Shown here piece after piece: positions 62,356 to 64,000 of a DNA stretch of 64,000 nt (positions are counted from its first letter, which is position 1; every line of letters begins with the position of its first letter). Both the position numbers and the translations under genes were made by a program. Under the pieces are notes generated by a model. That model searched no databases and was not told the DNA's origin. It saw only the letters and a list, made by a program, of their open reading frames with translations. This stretch comes from Squalus acanthias (taxonomy: Eukaryota). The stretch is taken from assembly GCA_030390025.1 (NCBI GenBank), contig JASTWF010000034.1:3906001-3970000 (forward strand). The letters run 5' to 3'.

Positions 62356-64000
62356 TTAACCACAATGCTCGGTGTCAGTGTCCCTGTACCCACAATACCC
62401 AGGGTCAGTGACCCTGTACCCACAATGCCCAGTGTCAGTGACCATGTACCCACAATGCCTGGGGTCAGTGGCCCTGTACCCACAATGCACAGTGTCAATG
62501 TCCCTGTACCCACAATGCCCAGGGTCAGTGACCCTGTACCCACAATGCCCAGGGTCAGTGACACTGTGTCCACAATGCCCAGTGTCAGTGTCCCTGTACC
62601 CACAATGCCCAGGGTCAGTGACTCTGTACCCACAATGCCCAGTGTCAGTGACTCTGTACCCACAATGCCCAGGGTCAGTGACCCTGTACCCACAATGTCC
62701 AGGGTCAGTGACTCCAGTACCCACAATGCCCAGTGTCAGTGACTCCATACCCACAATGCCCAGTGTCAGTGACACTGTACCCACAATGCCCAGTGTCAGT
62801 GACTCTGTATCCATAATGCCCAGGGTCAGTGACTCTGTACCCACAATGCCCAGGGTCAGTGAACCTGTGTCCATAATGCCCGGGGTCAGTGACCCTTTAC
62901 CCACAATGCCCGGGGTCAGTGGCCCTGTACCCACAATGCCCAGTGTCAATGTCCCTGTACCCACAATGCCCAGTGTCAATGTCCCTGTACCCACAATGCC
63001 CAGCGTCAGTGACCCTGTACCCACAATGCCCAGGGTTAGTGACACTGTGTCCACAATGCCCGGGGTCAGTGGCCCTGTACCCACAATGCCCAGGGTCAGT
63101 GACTCTGTACCCACAATGCCCAGGGTCAGTGACCCTGTACCCACAATGCCCAGTGTCAGTGACAATGTACCCACAATGCCCAGTGTCAGTGACTCTGTAC
63201 CAACAATGCCCAGTGTCAGTGACACTGTACCCACAATGCCCAGTGTCAGTGACTCTGTATCCACAATGCCCGGGGTCAGTGGCCCTGTACCCATAATGCG
63301 CAGTGTCAATGATCCTGTGCCCACAATGCCAAGGCTCAGTGGCCCTGTGACCACAATACCCAGGGCGAGTGACTCTGTACCCACAATGCCCAGTGTCAAT
63401 GACCCTGTACAAACAATGCCCAGCGTCAGTGGCCCTGTACCCACAATGCCCAGTGTCAGTGACGCTGTACCCACAATGCCCAGCGTCAGTGGCCCTGTAC
63501 CCACAATGCCCAGGGTCAGTGGCCCTGTACCCACAATGCCCAGGGTCAGCGGCCCTGTACCCAGAATGCCCAGGGCGAGTGACTCTGTACCCACAATGCC
63601 CAGTGTCAATGATCCTGTACCCACAATGCCCAGTGTCAGTGACACTGTGTCCACAATGCCCGGGGTCAGTGGCCCTGTACCCACAATGCCCAGTGTCAGT
63701 GTCCCTGTACCCACAATGACCAGGGTCAGCGACTCTGTACCCACAATGCCCAGGGTCAGTGACTCTGTACCCACAATGTCCAGGGTCAGTGACGCTGTAG
63801 CCACAATGCCCAGGGTCAGTGACCCTTTACCCACAATGCCCAGTGTCAATGATCCTGTACCCACAATGCCCAGTGTCAGTGACACTGTGTCCACAATGCC
63901 CGGGGTCAGTGGCCCTGTACCCACAATGCCCAGTGTCAGTGGCCCTGTACCCACAATGCCCAGGGTCAGTGACTCTGTACCCACAATGCCCAGTGTCAGT
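62356..64000. repeat. 30-bp minisatellite (CCCACAATGCCCAGGGTCAGTGACCCTGTA), runs off the window end
   Basis: Period 30; more than 50 copies. Confidence 0.96.

Noticed and set aside
62356..63984. 542-aa ORF of GIVGTESLTL repeats
   Set aside because: A 30-bp stop-free minisatellite gives ORFs on both strands; it frameshifts at ~62715 and has no unique domain

Overview
Eukaryotic, repeat-dense vertebrate DNA. The mix of CR1, L2 and RTE LINEs, a DeuSINE, Penelope-like termini and a 67-bp satellite suggests a cartilaginous fish (shark); this is inference. Only one host protein-coding gene is well supported: a minus-strand, two-exon class A GPCR of the GPR139/GPR142-like type (exon 1 30805-30625, exon 2 15157-14256, about 360 aa). 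Its 15.5-kb intron holds a second, homologous promoter + first-exon cassette (about 21200-20933) with a different N-terminus but an incompatible splice phase, and a decayed two-gene PIF/Harbinger transposon interrupted by a 54-bp higher-order array. Also present: two copies of an orphan promoter/exon1/ATG-exon cassette (35.2-35.8 kb and 59.8-60.4 kb), a probable solo LTR, five hammerhead-ribozyme-like cores in Penelope-like ends, a CR1 ORF2 broken by one stop codon, a full-length decayed RTE LINE, and many minisatellites, at least two visibly derived from internal pieces of retroelements. No prokaryotic genes, CRISPR arrays, rRNA or true tRNA genes were seen. Repeat boundaries are approximate (read by eye).
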